This document shows, in pieces, positions 41,101 to 56,579 of a stretch of 64,000 bases of DNA (the stretch's first letter is position 1; every line of letters begins with the position of its first letter). The notes under the pieces were generated by a model that was not told where the DNA came from, searched no databases, and worked only from the letters and a program-made list of their open reading frames with translations. The translations under genes and the position numbers were made by a program. This stretch comes from Eledone cirrhosa (Eukaryota): positions 27,590,001-27,654,000 of the forward strand of contig OZ024740.1 of the NCBI GenBank assembly GCA_964016885.1, written 5' to 3'.

Positions 41101-44100
41101 TATTACAGTTGGTACCATATTAGTAAGAGCAATTCCTTGTGTCTATTGTAATCAATATTAGAGTTGGTAACATATTACTAAGAACAATACATTGTGTCTA
41201 TTGTAATCAATATTACAGGTGGTAACATATTAGTAAGAACAATACCTCGTGTATATTGTAATCAATATTACAGTTCGTAACACATTTGTAAGAGCAATAC
41301 CTTGTGTCTATTGTAACCAATACCACAGTTGGTCACATATTAGTAAGAGCAATACCGTGTGTCTATTGTAATCAATATTACAGTTGGTAACATATTAGTA
41401 AGAGCAATGCCTTGTGTCTATTGTAATCAGATATTACAGTTGGTAACATATTAGTAAGAGCAATACCTTGTGTCTATTGTAATCAATATTACAGTTGGTA
41501 ACATATTAGTAAGAGCAATACCTTGTGTCTATTGTAATCAATATTACAGTTGGTAACATATTAGTAAGAGCAATACCTTGTGTCTATTGTAATCAATATT
41601 ACAGTTGGTAACATATTAGTAAGAACAATACCTCGTGTCTATTGTAATCAATATTACATTTGGTAACATATTAGTAAGAACAATTCCTTGTGTCTATTGT
41701 AATCAATATTACAGTTGGTAACATATTAGTAAGAGAAATACCTTGTGTCTATTGTAATCAATATTACAGTTGGTAACATATTAGTAAGAATAATACCTCG
41801 TGTCTATTGTAATCAATATTACAGTTGGTAACATATTAGTAAGAACAATACCTTGTGTCTATTGTAATCAATATTACAGTTGGTAACACATTAGTAAGAG
41901 CAATACCTCGTGTCTATTGTAATCAATATTACAGTTGGTAACATATTAGTAAGAGCAATACCTTATGTCTATTGTAATCAATATTACTGGTGGTAGCATA
42001 TTAGTAAAAGCAATACCTTGTGTCTATTGTAATCAATTTCACAGTTGGTAACATATTAGTAAGAGCAATACCTTGTGTCTATTGTAATCAATATTACAGT
42101 TGGTAACATATTAGTAAGAGCAATACCTTGTGTCTATTGTAATCAATATTACAGGTGGTAGCATATTAGTAAGAGCAATACCTTGCGTCTATTGTAATCA
42201 ATATTACAGTTGGTAACATATTAGTAAGAGCAATACCTTGTGTCTATTGTAATCAATATCACAGTTGGTAACATATTAGTAAGAGCAATACCTTGTGTCT
42301 ATTGTAATCAATATTACAGTTGGTACCATATTAGTAAAAGCAATACCTCGTGTCTGTTGTAATCAATATTACAGTTGGTAACATATTAGTAAGAACAATA
42401 CCTCGTGTCTATTGTAATCAATATCACAGTTGGTAACATATTAGTAAGAGCAATTCCTTGTGTCTATTGTAATCAATATTAGAGTTGGTAACATATTACT
42501 AAGAACAATACATTGTGTCTATTGTAATCAATATTACAGGTGGTAAGATATTAGTAAGAACAATACCTCGTGTATATTGTAATCAATATTACAGTTCGTA
42601 ACACATTTGTAAGAGCAATACCTTGTGTCTATTGTAACCAATATCACAGTTGGTCACATATTAGTAAGAGCAATACCGTTTGTCTATTGTAATCAATATT
42701 ACAGTTGGTAACATATTAGTAAGAGCAATACCTTGTGTCTATTGTAATCAATATTACAGTTGGTAACATATTAGTAAGAGCAATACCTTGTGTCTATTGT
42801 AATCAATATTACAGTTGGTAACATATTAGTAAGAGCAATACCTTGTGTCTATTGTAATCAATATTAAGGGTGGTAACATATTAGTAAGAGTAATACCTTG
42901 TGTCTATTGTAATCAATACTACAGGTGGTAGCATATTAGTAAAAGCAATACCTTGTGTCTATTGTAATCAATATCACAGTTGGTAACATATTAGTAAGAG
43001 CAATACCTTGTGTCTATTGTAATCAATATTACAGGTGGTAGCATATTAGTAAAAGCAATACCTTGTGTCTATTGTAATCAATATCACAGTTGGTAACATA
43101 TTAGTAAGAGCAAAACCTTGTGTCTATTGTAATCTATATTACAGGTGGTAGCATATTAGTAAAAGCAATACCTTGTGTCTATTGTAATCAATATTACAGT
43201 TGGTAACATATTAGTAAGAGCAATACCTTGTGTCTATTGTAATCAATATTACAGTTGGTAACATATTAGTAAGAGCAAAACTTTGTGTCTATTGTAATCA
43301 ATATTACAGTTGGTAACATATTAGTAAGAGCAATACCTTGTGTCTATTGTAATCAATATCACAGTTGGTAACATATTAGTAAGAGCAATACCTTGTGTCT
43401 ATTGTAATCAATATCACAGTTGGTAACATATTAGTAAGAGCAATACCTTGTGTCTATTGTAATCAATATTACAGTTGGTAACATATTAGTAAAAGCAATA
43501 CCTTGTGTCTAATGTAATCAATATTACAGTTGGTAACATATTAGTAAGAGCAATACCTTGTGTCTATTGTAATCAATATTACAGTTTGTAACATATTAGT
43601 AAGAGCAATACCTTGTGTCTAATGTAATCAATATTACAGTTGGTAACATATTAGTAAGAGCAATACCTTGTGTCTATTGTAATCAATATTACAGTTGGTA
43701 ACATATTAGTAAGAACAATACCTCGTGTCTATTGTACTCAATATTACAGTTGGTAACATATTAGTAAGAACAATACCTTGTGTCTATTGTAATCAATATT
43801 ACAGTTGGTAACATATTAGTAAGAGCAATACCTTGTGTCTATTGTAATCAATATTAGAGTTGGTAACATATTAGTAAGAGCAATACCTTGTGTCTATTGT
43901 AATCAATATTACAGTTGGTAACATATTAGTAAGAGCAATACCTCGTGTCTAATGTAATCAATATCACAGTTGGTAACATATTAGTAAGAGCAATACCTCC
44001 TTGTGTCTATGGTAATCAATATTAAGGTTGGTAACATATTAGTAAGAGCAATACCTTGTGTCTCTTGTAATCAATATTACAGTTGGTAACACATTAGTAA

Positions 44101-46920
44101 GAGCAATACCTCGTGTCTATTGTAATCAATATTACAGTTGGTAAAATATTAGTAAGATCAATACCTTGTGTCTGGTGTAATCAATATTACAGTTGGTAAC
44201 ATATTAGTAAGAGCAATACCTTGTGTCTATTGTAATCAATATTACAGTTGGTAACATATTAGTAAGAGCAATGCCTTGTGTCTATTGTAATCAGATATTA
44301 CAGTTGGTAACATATTAGTAAGAGCAATCCCTTGTGTCTATTGTAATCAATATTACAGTTGGTAACATATTAGTAAGAGCAATACCTTGTGTCTATTGTA
44401 ATCAATATTACAGTTGGTAACATATTAGTAAGAGCAATACCCTGTGTCTATTGTAATCAATATTACAGTTGGTAACATATTAGTAAGAGCAAAATCTTGT
44501 GTCTATTGTAATCAATATTACTGGTGGTAGCATATTAGTAAAAGCAATACCTTGTGTCTATTGTAATCAATATCACAGTTGGTAACATATTAGTAAGAGC
44601 AATACCTTGTGTCTATTGTAATCAATATTACAGGTGGTAACATATTAGTAAGAGCAATACCTTGTGTCTATTGTAATCAATATTACAGGTGGTAGCATAT
44701 TACTAAAAGCAATACCTTGTGTCTATTGTAATCAATATCACAGTTGGTAACATATTAGTAAGAGCAATACCTTGTGTCTATTGTAATCAATATTACAGGT
44801 GGTAGCATATTAGTAAAAGCAATACCTTGTGTCTATTGTAATCAATATTACAGTTGGTAACATATTAGTAAGAGCAATACCTCGTGTCTAATGTAATCAA
44901 TATCACAGTTGGTAACATATTAATAAGAGCAATACCTCCTTGTGTCTATGATAATCAATATTAAGGTTGGTAACATATTAGTAAGAGCAATACCTTGTGT
45001 CTATTGTAATCAATATTACAGTTGGTAACATATTAGTAAGAGCAATACCTTGTGTCTATTGTAATCAATATTACAGTTGGTAACATATTAGTAAGAGCAA
45101 TACCTTGTGTCTATTGTAATCAATATTACAGTTGTTAACATATTAGTAAGAGCAATACCTTGTGTCTATTGTAATCAATATTACAGTTGGTAACATATTA
45201 GTAAGAGCGATACCTTGTGTCTATTGTAATCAATATTACAGGTGGTAGCATATTAGTAAGAGCAATACCTTGCGTCTATTGTAATCAATATTACAGTTGG
45301 TAACATATTATTAAGAGCAATACCTTGTGTCTATTGTAATCAATATCACAGTTGGTAACATATTAGTAAGAGCAATACCTTGTGTCTATTGTAATCAATA
45401 TTACAGTTGGTAACATATTAGTAAAAGCAATACCTCGTGTCTGTTGTAATCAATATTACAGTTGGTAACATATTAGTAAGAACAATACCTCGTGTCTATT
45501 GTAATCAATATCACAGTTGGTAACATATTAGTAAGAGCAATACCTCGTGTCTATTGTAATCAATATTACAGTTGGTAACATATTAGTAAGAGCAATACCT
45601 TGTGCCTATTGTAATCAATATTACAGTTGGTAACATATTAGTAAGAGCAATATCTCGTGTCTATTGTAATCAATATTACAGTTGGTAACATATTAGTTAG
45701 AGCAATACCTTGTGCCTATTGTAATCAATATTACAGTTGGTAACATATTAGTAAGAACAATACCTTGTGTATATTGTAATCAATATTACAGTTGGTACCA
45801 TATTAGTAAGAGCAATTCCTTGTGTCTATTGTAATCAATATTAGAGTTGGTAACATATTACTAAGAACAATACATTGTGTCTATTGTAATCAATATTACA
45901 GGTGGTAACATATTAGTAAGAACAATACCTCGTGTATATTGTAATCAATATTACAGTTCGTAACACATTTGTAAGAGCAATACCTTGTGTCTATTGTAAC
46001 CAATATCACAGTTGGTCACATATTAGTAAGAGCAATACCGTGTGTCTATTGTAATCAATATTACAGTTGGTAACATATTAGTAAGAGCAATGCCTTGTGT
46101 CTATTGTAATCAGATATTACAGTTGGTAACATATTAGTAAGAGCAATACCTTGTGTCTATTGTAATCAATATTACAGTTGGTAACATATTAGTAAGAGCA
46201 ATACCTTGTGTCTATTGTAATCAATATTACAGTTGGTAACATATTAGTAAGAGCAATACCTTGTGTCTATTGTAATCAATATTACAGTTGGTAACATATT
46301 AGTAAGAACAATACCTCGTGTCTATTGTAATCAATATTACATTTGGTAACATATTAGTAAGAACAATTCCTTGTGTCTATTGTAATCAATATTACAGTTG
46401 GTAACATATTAGTAAGAGAAATACCTTGTGTCTATTGTAATCAATATTACAGTTGGTAACATATTAGTAAGAATAATACCTCGTGTCTATTGTAATCAAT
46501 ATTACAGTTGGTAACATATTAGTAAGAACAATACCTTGTGTCTATTGTAATCAATATTACAGTTGGTAACACATTAGTAAGAGCAATACCTCGTGTCTAT
46601 TGTAATCAATATTACAGTTGGTAACATATTAGTAAGAGCAATACCTTATGTCTATTGTAATCAATATTACAGGTGGTAGCATATTAGTAAAAGCAATACC
46701 TTGTGTCTATTGTAATCAATTTCACAGTTGGTAACATATTAGTAAGAGCAATACCTTGTGTCTATTGTAATCAATATTACAGTTGGTAACATATTAGTAA
46801 GAGCAATACCTTGTGTCTATTGTAATCAATATTACAGGTGGTAGCATATTAGTAAGAGCAATACCTTGCGTCTATTGTAATCAATATTACAGTTGGTAAC
46901 ATATTAGTAAGAGCAATACC
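38150..46920. repeat. Duplication at offset 4683 bp (85 monomers)
   Basis: AATACTAC 38236/42919, TCTCTTG 39381/44064, TCTGGTG 39491/44174 and TTCGTAAC 41276/45959. Confidence 0.9.
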
Positions 46921-48230
46921 TTGTGCCTATTGTAATCAATATTACAGTTGGTAACATATTAGTAAGAGCAATATCTCGTGTCTATTGTAATCAATATTAC
47001 AGTTGGTAACATATTAGTTAGAGCAATACCTTGTGCCTATTGTAATCAATATTACAGTTGGTAACATATTAGTAAGAACAATACCTTGTGTATATTGTAA
47101 TCAATATTACAGTTGGTACCATATTAGTAAGAGCAATTCCTTGTGTCTATTGTAATCAATATTAGAGTTGGTAACATATTACTAAGAACAATACATTGTG
47201 TCTATTGTAATCAATATTACAGGTGGTAACATATTAGTAAGAACAATACCTCGTGTATATTGTAATCAATATTACAGTTCGTAACACATTTGTAAGAGCA
47301 ATACCTTGTGTCTATTGTAACCAATATCACAGTTGGTCACATATTAGTAAGAGCAATACCGTGTGTCTATTGTAATCAATATTACAGTTGGTAACATATT
47401 AGTAAGAGCAATGCCTTGTGTCTATTGTAATCAGATATTACAGTTGGTAACATATTAGTAAGAGCAATACCTTGTGTCTATTGTAATCAATATTACAGTT
47501 GGTAACATATTAGTAAGAGCAATACCTTGTGTCTATTGTAATCAATATTACAGTTGGTAACATATTAGTAAGAGCAATACCTTGTGTCTATTGTAATCAA
47601 TATTACAGTTGGTAACATATTAGTAAGAACAATACCTCGTGTCTATTGTAATCAATATTACATTTGGTAACATATTAGTAAGAACAATTCCTTGTGTCTA
47701 TTGTAATCAATATTACAGTTGGTAACATATTAGTAAGAGAAATACCTTGTGTCTATTGTAATCAATATTACAGTTGGTAACATATTAGTAAGAATAATAC
47801 CTCGTGTCTATTGTAATCAATATTACAGTTGGTAACATATTAGTAAGAACAATACCTTGTGTCTATTGTAATCAATATTACAGTTGGTAACACATTAGTA
47901 AGAGCAATACCTCGTGTCTATTGTAATCAATATTACAGTTGGTAACATATTAGTAAGAGCAATACCTTATGTCTATTGTAATCAATATTACAGGTGGTAG
48001 CATATTAGTAAAAGCAATACCTTGTGTCTATTGTAATCAATTTCACAGTTGGTAACATATTAGTAAGAGCAATACCTTGTGTCTATTGTAATCAATATTA
48101 CAGTTGGTAACATATTAGTAAGAGCAATACCTTGTGTCTATTGTAATCAATATTACAGGTGGTAGCATATTAGTAAGAGCAATACCTTGCGTCTATTGTA
48201 ATCAATATTACAGTTGGTAACATATTAGTA
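45590..48230. repeat. 1321-bp (24-monomer) tandem duplication
   Basis: TATTAGTTAG at 45691 and 47012; TTCGTAAC at 45959 and 47280. Confidence 0.87.
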
Positions 48231-51200
48231 AGAGCAATACCTTGTGTCTATTGTAATCAATATCACAGTTGGTAACATATTAGTAAGAGCAATACCTTGT
48301 GTCTATTGTAATCAATATTACAGTTGGTACCATATTAGTAAAAGCAATACCTCGTGTCTGTTGTAATCAATATTACAGTTGGTAACATATTAGTAAGAAC
48401 AATACCTCGTGTCTATTGTAATCAATATCACAGTTGGTAACATATTAGTAAGAGCAATTCCTTGTGTCTATTGTAATCAATATTAGAGTTGGTAACATAT
48501 TACTAAGAACAATACATTGTGTCTATTGTAATCAATATTACAGGTGGTAAGATATTAGTAAGAACAATACCTCGTGTATATTGTAATCAATATTACAGTT
48601 CGTAACACATTTGTAAGAGCAATACCTTGTGTCTATTGTAACCAATATCACAGTTGGTCACATATTAGTAAGAGCAATACCGTTTGTCTATTGTAATCAA
48701 TATTACAGTTGGTAACATATTAGTAAGAGCAATACCTTGTGTCTATTGTAATCAATATTACAGTTGGTAACATATTAGTAAGAGCAATACCTTGTGTCTA
48801 TTGTAATCAATATTACAGTTGGTAACATATTAGTAAGAGCAATACCTTGTGTCTATTGTAATCAATATTACAGTTGGTAACATATTAGTAAGAGCAATAC
48901 CTTGTGTCTATTGTAATCAATATTACAGTTGGTAACATATTAGTAAGAGCAATACTTTGTGTCTATTGTAATCAATATTACAGTTGGTAACATATTAGTA
49001 AGAGCAATGCCTTGTGTCTATTGTAATCAATATCACAGTTGGTAACATATTAGTAAGAGCAATACCTTGTGTCTATTGTAATCAATATCACAGTTGGTAA
49101 CATATTAGTAAGAGCAATACCTTGTGTCTATTGTAATCAATATTACAGTTGGTAACATATTAGTAAAAGCAATACCTTGTGTCTAATGTAATCAATATTA
49201 CAGTTGGTAACATATTAGTAAGAGCAATACCTTGTGTCTATTGTAATCAATATTACAGTTGGTAACATATTAGTAAGAGCAATACCTTGTGTCTAATGTA
49301 ATCAATATTACAGTTGGTAACATATTAGTAAGAGCAATACCTTGTGTCTATTGTAATCAATATTACAGTTGGTAACATATTAGTAAGAACAATACCTCGT
49401 GTCTATTGTAATCAATATTACAGTTGGTAACATATTAGTAAGAACAATACCTTGTGTCTATTGTAATCAATATTACAGTTGGTAACACATTAGTAAGAGC
49501 AATACCTCGTGTCTATTGTAATCAATATTACAGTTGGTAACATATTAGTAAGAGCAATACCTTATGTCTATTGTAATCAATATTACAGGTGGTAGCATAT
49601 TAGTAAAAGCAATACCTTGTGTCTATTGTAATCAATTTCACAGTTGGTAACATATTAGTAAGAGCAATACCTTGTGTCTATTGTAATCAATATTACAGGT
49701 GGTAGCATATTAGTAAAAGCAATACCTTGTGTCTATTGTAATCAATATTACAGTTGGTAACATATTAGCAAGAGCAATACCTTGTGTCTATTGTAATTAA
49801 TATTACAGTTGGTAACATATTAGTAAGAGCAATACCTTGTGTCTGTTGTAATCAATATTAAAGTTGGTAACATATTAGTAAGAGCAATACCTTGTTTCTA
49901 TTGTAATCAATATTACAGTTGGTAACATATTAGTAAGAGCAATACCTTGCGTCTATTGTAATTAGTATTACAGTTGGTAACATATTAGTAAGAGCAATAC
50001 CTTGTGTCTATTGTAATCAATATTACAGTTGGTAACATATTAGTAAGAGCAATACCTTGTGTCTATTGTAATCAATATTACAGTTGGTAACATATTAGTA
50101 AGAGCAATACCTTGCGTCTATTGTAATCAATATTACAGTTGGTACCATATTAGTAAGAGCAATTCCTTGTGTCTATTGTAATCAATATTAGAGTTGGTAA
50201 CATATTACTAAGAACAATACATTGTGTCTATTGTAATCAATATTACAGGTGGTAACATATTAGTAAGAACAATACCTCGTGTATATTGTAATCAATATTA
50301 CAGTTCGTAACACATTTGTAAGAGCAATACCTTGTGTCTATTGTAACCAATATCACAGTTGGTCACATATTAGTAAGAGCAATACCGTGTGTCTATTGTA
50401 ATCAATATTACAGTTGGTAACATATTAGTAAGAGCAATGCCTTGTGTCTATTGTAATCAGATATTACAGTTGGTAACATATTAGTAAGAGCAATATCTTG
50501 TGTCTATTGTAATCAATATTACAGTTGGTAACATATTAGTAAGAGCAATACCTTGTGTCTATTGTAATCAATATTACAGTTGGTAACATATTAGTAAGTG
50601 CAATACCTTGTGTCTATTGTAATCAATATTACAGTTGGTAACATATTAGTAAGAACAATACCTCGTGTCTATTGTAATCAATATTACATTTGATAACATA
50701 TTAGTAAGAACAATTCCTTGTGTCTATTGTAATCAATATTACAGTTGGTAACATATTAGTAAGAGAAATACCTTGTGTCTATTGTAATCAATATTACAGT
50801 TGGTAACATATTAGTAAGAATAATACCTCGTGTCTATTGTAATCAATATTACAGTTGGTAACATATTAGTAAGAACAATACCTTGTGTCTATTGTAATCA
50901 ATATTACAGTTGGTAACACATTAGTAAGAGCAATACCTCGTGTCTATTGTAATCAATATTACAGTTGGTAACATATTAGTAAGAGCAATACCTTATGTCT
51001 ATTGTAATCAATATTACAGGTGGTAGCATATTAGTAAAAGCAATACCTTGTGTCTATTGTAATCAATTTCACAGTTGGTAACATATTAGTAAGAGCAATA
51101 CCTTGTGTCTATTGTAATCAATATTACAGTTGGTAACATATTAGTAAGAGCAATACCTTGTGTCTATTGTAATCAATATTACAGGTGGTAGCATATTAGT

Positions 51201-54200
51201 AAGAGCAATACCTTGCGTCTATTGTAATCAATATTACAGTTGGTAACATATTAGTAAGAGCAATACCTTGTGTCTATTGTAATCAATATCACAGTTGGTA
51301 ACATATTAGTAAGAGCAATACCTTGTGTCTATTGTAATCAATATTACAGTTGGTACCATATTAGTAAAAGCAATACCTCGTGTCTGTTGTAATCAATATT
51401 ACAGTTGGTAACATATTAGTAAGAACAATACCTCGTGTCTATTGTAATCAATATCACAGTTGGTAACATATTAGTAAGAGCAATACCTTGTGCCTATTGT
51501 AATCAATATTACAGTTGGTAACATATTTGTAAGAACAATACCTTGTGTATATTGTAATCAATATTACAGTTGGTACCATATTAGTAAGAGCAATTCCTTG
51601 TGTCTATTGTAATCAATATTAGAGTTGGTAACATATTACTAAGAACAATACATTGTGTCTATTGTAATCAATATTACAGGTGGTAAGATATTAGTAAGAA
51701 CAATACCTCGTGTATATTGTAATCAATATTACAGTTCGTAACACATTTGTAAGAGCAATACCTTGTGTCTATTGTAACCAATATCACAGTTGGTCACATA
51801 TTAGTAAGAGCAATACCGTTTGTCTATTGTAATCAATATTACAGTTGGTAACATATTAGTAAGAGCAATACCTTGTGTCTATTGTAATCAATATTACAGT
51901 TGGTAACATATTAGTAAGAGCAATACCTTGTGTCTATTGTAATCAATATTACAGTTGGTAACATATTAGTAAGAGCAATACCTTGTGTCTATTGTAATCA
52001 ATATTACAGTTGGTAACATATTAGTAAGAGCAATACCTTGTGTCTATTGTAATCAATATTACAGTTGGTAACATATTAGTAAGAGCAATACTTTGTGTCT
52101 ATTGTAATCAATATTACAGTTGGTAACATATTAGTAAGAGCAATGCCTTGTGTCTATTGTAATCAATATCACAGTTGGTAACATATTAGTAAGAGCAATA
52201 CCTTGTGTCTATTGTAATCAATATTACAGTTGGTAACATATTAGTAAAAGCAATACCTTGTGTCTAATGTAATCAATATTACAGTTGGTAACATATTAGT
52301 AAGAGCAATACCTTGTGTCTATTGTAATCAATATTACAGTTGGTAACATATTAGTAAGAGCAATACCTTGTGTCTAATGTAATCAATATTACAGTTGGTA
52401 ACATATTAGTAAGAGCAATACCTTGTGTCTATTGTAATCAATATTACAGTTGGTAACATATTAGTAAGAACAATACCTCGTGTCTATTGTAATCAATATT
52501 ACATTTGGTAACATATTAGTAAGAACAATACCTTGTGTCTATTGTAATCAATATTACAGTTGGTAACATATTAGTAAGAGCAATACCTTGTGTCTATTGT
52601 AATCAATATTACAGTTGGTAACATATTAGTAAGAACAATACCTCGTGTCTATTGTAATCAATATTACAGTTGGTAACATATTAGTAAGAACAATACCTTG
52701 TGTCTATTGTAATCAATATTACAGTTGGTAACACATTAGTAAGAGCAATACCTCGTGTCTATTGTAATCAATATTACAGTTGGTAACATATTAGTAAGAG
52801 CAATACCTTGTGCCTATTGTAATCAATATTACAGTTGGTAACATATTTGTAAGAACAATACCTTGTGTATATTGTAATCAATATTACAGTTGGTACCATA
52901 TTAGTAAGAGCAATTCCTTGTGTCTATTGTAATCAATATTAGAGTTGGTAACATATTACTAAGAACAATACATTGTGTCTATTGTAATCAATATTACAGG
53001 TGGTAAGATATTAGTAAGAACAATACCTCGTGTATATTGTAATCAATATTACAGTTCGTAACACATTTGTAAGAGCAATACCTTGTGTCTATTGTAACCA
53101 ATATCACAGTTGGTCACATATTAGTAAGAGCAATACCGTTTGTCTATTGTAATCAATATTACAGTTGGTAACATATTAGTAAGAGCAATACCTTGTGTCT
53201 ATTGTAATCAATATTACAGTTGGTAACATATTAGTAAGAGCAATACCTTGTGTCTATTGTAATCAATATTACAGTTGGTAACATATTAGTAAGAGCAATA
53301 CCTTGTGTCTATTGTAATCAATATTACAGTTGGTAACATATTAGTAAGAGCAATACCTTGTGTCTATTGTAATCAATATTACAGTTGGTAACATATTAGT
53401 AAGAGCAATACTTTGTGTCTATTGTAATCAATATTACAGTTGGTAACATATTAGTAAGAGCAATGCCTTGTGTCTATTGTAATCAATATCACAGTTGGTA
53501 ACATATTAGTAAGAGCAATACCTTGTGTCTATTGTAATCAATATTACAGTTGGTAACTTATTAGTAAAAGCAATACCTTGTGTCTAATGTAATCAATATT
53601 ACAGTTGGTAACATATTAGTAAGAGCAATACCTTGTGTCTATTGTAATCAATATTACAGTTGGTAACATATTAGTAAGAACAATACCTTGTGTCTATTGT
53701 AATCAATATTACAGTTGGTAACATATTAGTAAGAGCAATACCTTGTGTCTATTGTAATCAATATTACAGTTGGTAACATATTAGTAAGAACAATACCTCG
53801 TGTCTATTGTAATCAATATTACAGTTGGTAACATATTAGTAAGAACAATACCTTGTGTCTATTGTAATCAATATTACAGTTGGTAACACATTAGTAAGAG
53901 CAATACCTCGTGTCTATTGTAATCAATATTACAGTTGGTAACATATTAGTAAGAGCAATACCTTATGTCTATTGTAATCAATATTACAGGTGGTAGCATA
54001 TTAGTAAAAGCAATACCTTGTGTCTATTGTAATCAATTTCACAGTTGGTAACATATTAGTAAGAGCAATACCTTGTGTCTATTGTATTCAATATTACAGG
54101 TGGTAGCATATTAGTAAAAGCAATACCTTGTGTCTATTGTAATCAATATTACAGTTGGTAACATATTAGCAAGAGCAATACCTTGTGTCTATTGTAATTA

Positions 54201-56579
54201 ATATTACAGTTGGTAACATATTAGTAAGAGCAATACCTTGTGTCTGTTGTAATCAATATTAAAGTTGGTAACATATTAGTAAGAGCAATACCTTGTTTCT
54301 ATTGTAATCAATATTACAGTTGGTAACATATTAGTAAGAGCAATACCTTGCGTCTATTGTAATTAGTATTACAGTTGGTAACATATTAGTAAGAGCAATA
54401 CCTTGTGTCTATTGTAATCAATATTACAGTTGGTAACATATTAGTAAGAGCAATACCTTGTGTCTATTGTAATCAATATTACAGTTGGTAACATATTAGT
54501 AAGAGCAATACCTTGTGTCTATTGTAATCAATATTACAGTTGGTAACATATTAGTAAGAGCAATACATTGCGTCTATTGTAATCAATATTACAGTTGGTA
54601 ACATATTAGTAAGAGCAATACCGTGTGTCTATTGTAATCAATATTACAGTTGGTAACATATTAGTAAGAGCAATACCTTGTGTCTATTGTAATCAATATT
54701 ACAGTTGGTAACATATTAGTAAGAGCAATACCTTGTGTCTATTGTAATCAATATTACAGTTCGTAACACATTTGTAAGAGTAATACCTTGTGTCTATTGT
54801 AACCAATATCACAGTTGGTCACATATTAGTAAGAGCAATACCGTGTGTCTATTGTAATCAATATTACAGTTGGTAACATATTAGTAAGAGCAATGCCTTG
54901 TGTCTATTGTAATCAGATATTACAGTTGGTAACATATTAGTAAGAGCAATACCTTGTGTCTATTGTAATCAATATTACAGTTTGTAACATATTAGTAAGA
55001 GAAATACCTCGTGTCTATTGTAATCAATATTACAGTTGGTAACATATTAGTAAGAGCAATACCTTGTGCCTATTGTAATCAATATTACAGTTGGTAACAT
55101 ATTAGTAAGAACAATACCTTGTGTATATTGTAATCAATATTACAGTTGGTAACACATTAGTAAGAGTAATACCTCGTGTGTATTGTAATCAATATTACAG
55201 TTGGTAACATATTAGTAAGAGCAATACCTTATGTCTATTGTAATCAATATTACAGGTGGTAGCATATTAGTAAAAGCAATAACTTGTGTCTATTGTAATC
55301 AATTTCACAGTTGGTAACATATTAGTAAGAGCAATACCTTGTGTCTATTGTAATCAATATTACAGTTGGTAACATATTAGTAAGAGCAATACCTTGTGTC
55401 TATTGTAATCAATATTACAGGTGGTAGCATATTAGTAAGAGCAATACCTTGCGTCTATTGTAATCAATATTACAGTTGGTAACATATTAGTAAGAGCAAT
55501 ACCTTGTGTCTATTGTAATCAATATCACAGTTGGTAACATATTAGTAAGAGCAATACCTTGTGTCTATTGTAATCAATATTACAGTTGGTACCATATTAG
55601 TAAAAGCAATACCTCGTGTCTGTTGTAATCAATATTACAGTTGGTAACATATTAGTAAGAACAATACCTCGTGTCTATTGTAATCAATATCACAGTTGGT
55701 AACATATTAGTAAGAGCAATACCTCGTGTCTATTGTAATCAATATTACAGTTGGTAACATATTAGTAAGAGCAATACCTTGTGCCTATTGTAATCAATAT
55801 TACAGTTGGTAACATATTAGTAAGAGCAATACCTCGTGTCTATTGTAATCAATATTACAGTTGGTAACATATTAGTAAGAGCAATACCTTGTGCCTATTG
55901 TAATCAATATTACAGTTGGTAACATATTAGTAAGAACAATACCTTGTGTATATTGTAATCAATATTACAGTTGGTACCATATTAGTAAGAGCAATTCCTT
56001 GTGTCTATTGTAATCAATATTAGAGTTGGTAACATATTACTAAGAACAATACATTGTGTCTATTGTAATCAATATTACAGGTGGTAACATATTAGTAAGA
56101 ACAATACCTCGTGTATATTGTAATCAATATTACAGTTCGTAACACATTTGTAAGAGCAATACCTTGTGTCTATTGTAACCAATATCACAGTTGGTCACAT
56201 GTTAGTAAGAGCAATACCGTGTGTCTATTGTAATCAATATTACAGTTGGTAACATATTAGTAAGAGCAATACCTTGTGTCTATTGTAATCAATATTACAG
56301 TTGGTAACATATTAGTAAGAGCAATCCTTGTGTCTATTGTAATCAATATTACAGTTGGTAACATATTAGTAAGAGCAATACCTTGTGTCTATTGTAATCA
56401 ATATTACAGTTGGTAACATATTAGTAAGAGCAATACCTTGTGTCTATTGTAATCAATATTACAGTTGGTAACATATTAGTAAGAGCAATACTTTGTGTCT
56501 ATTGTAATCAATATTACAGTTGGTAACATATTAGTAAGAGCAATGCCTTGTGTCTATTGTAATCAATATCACAGTTGGT

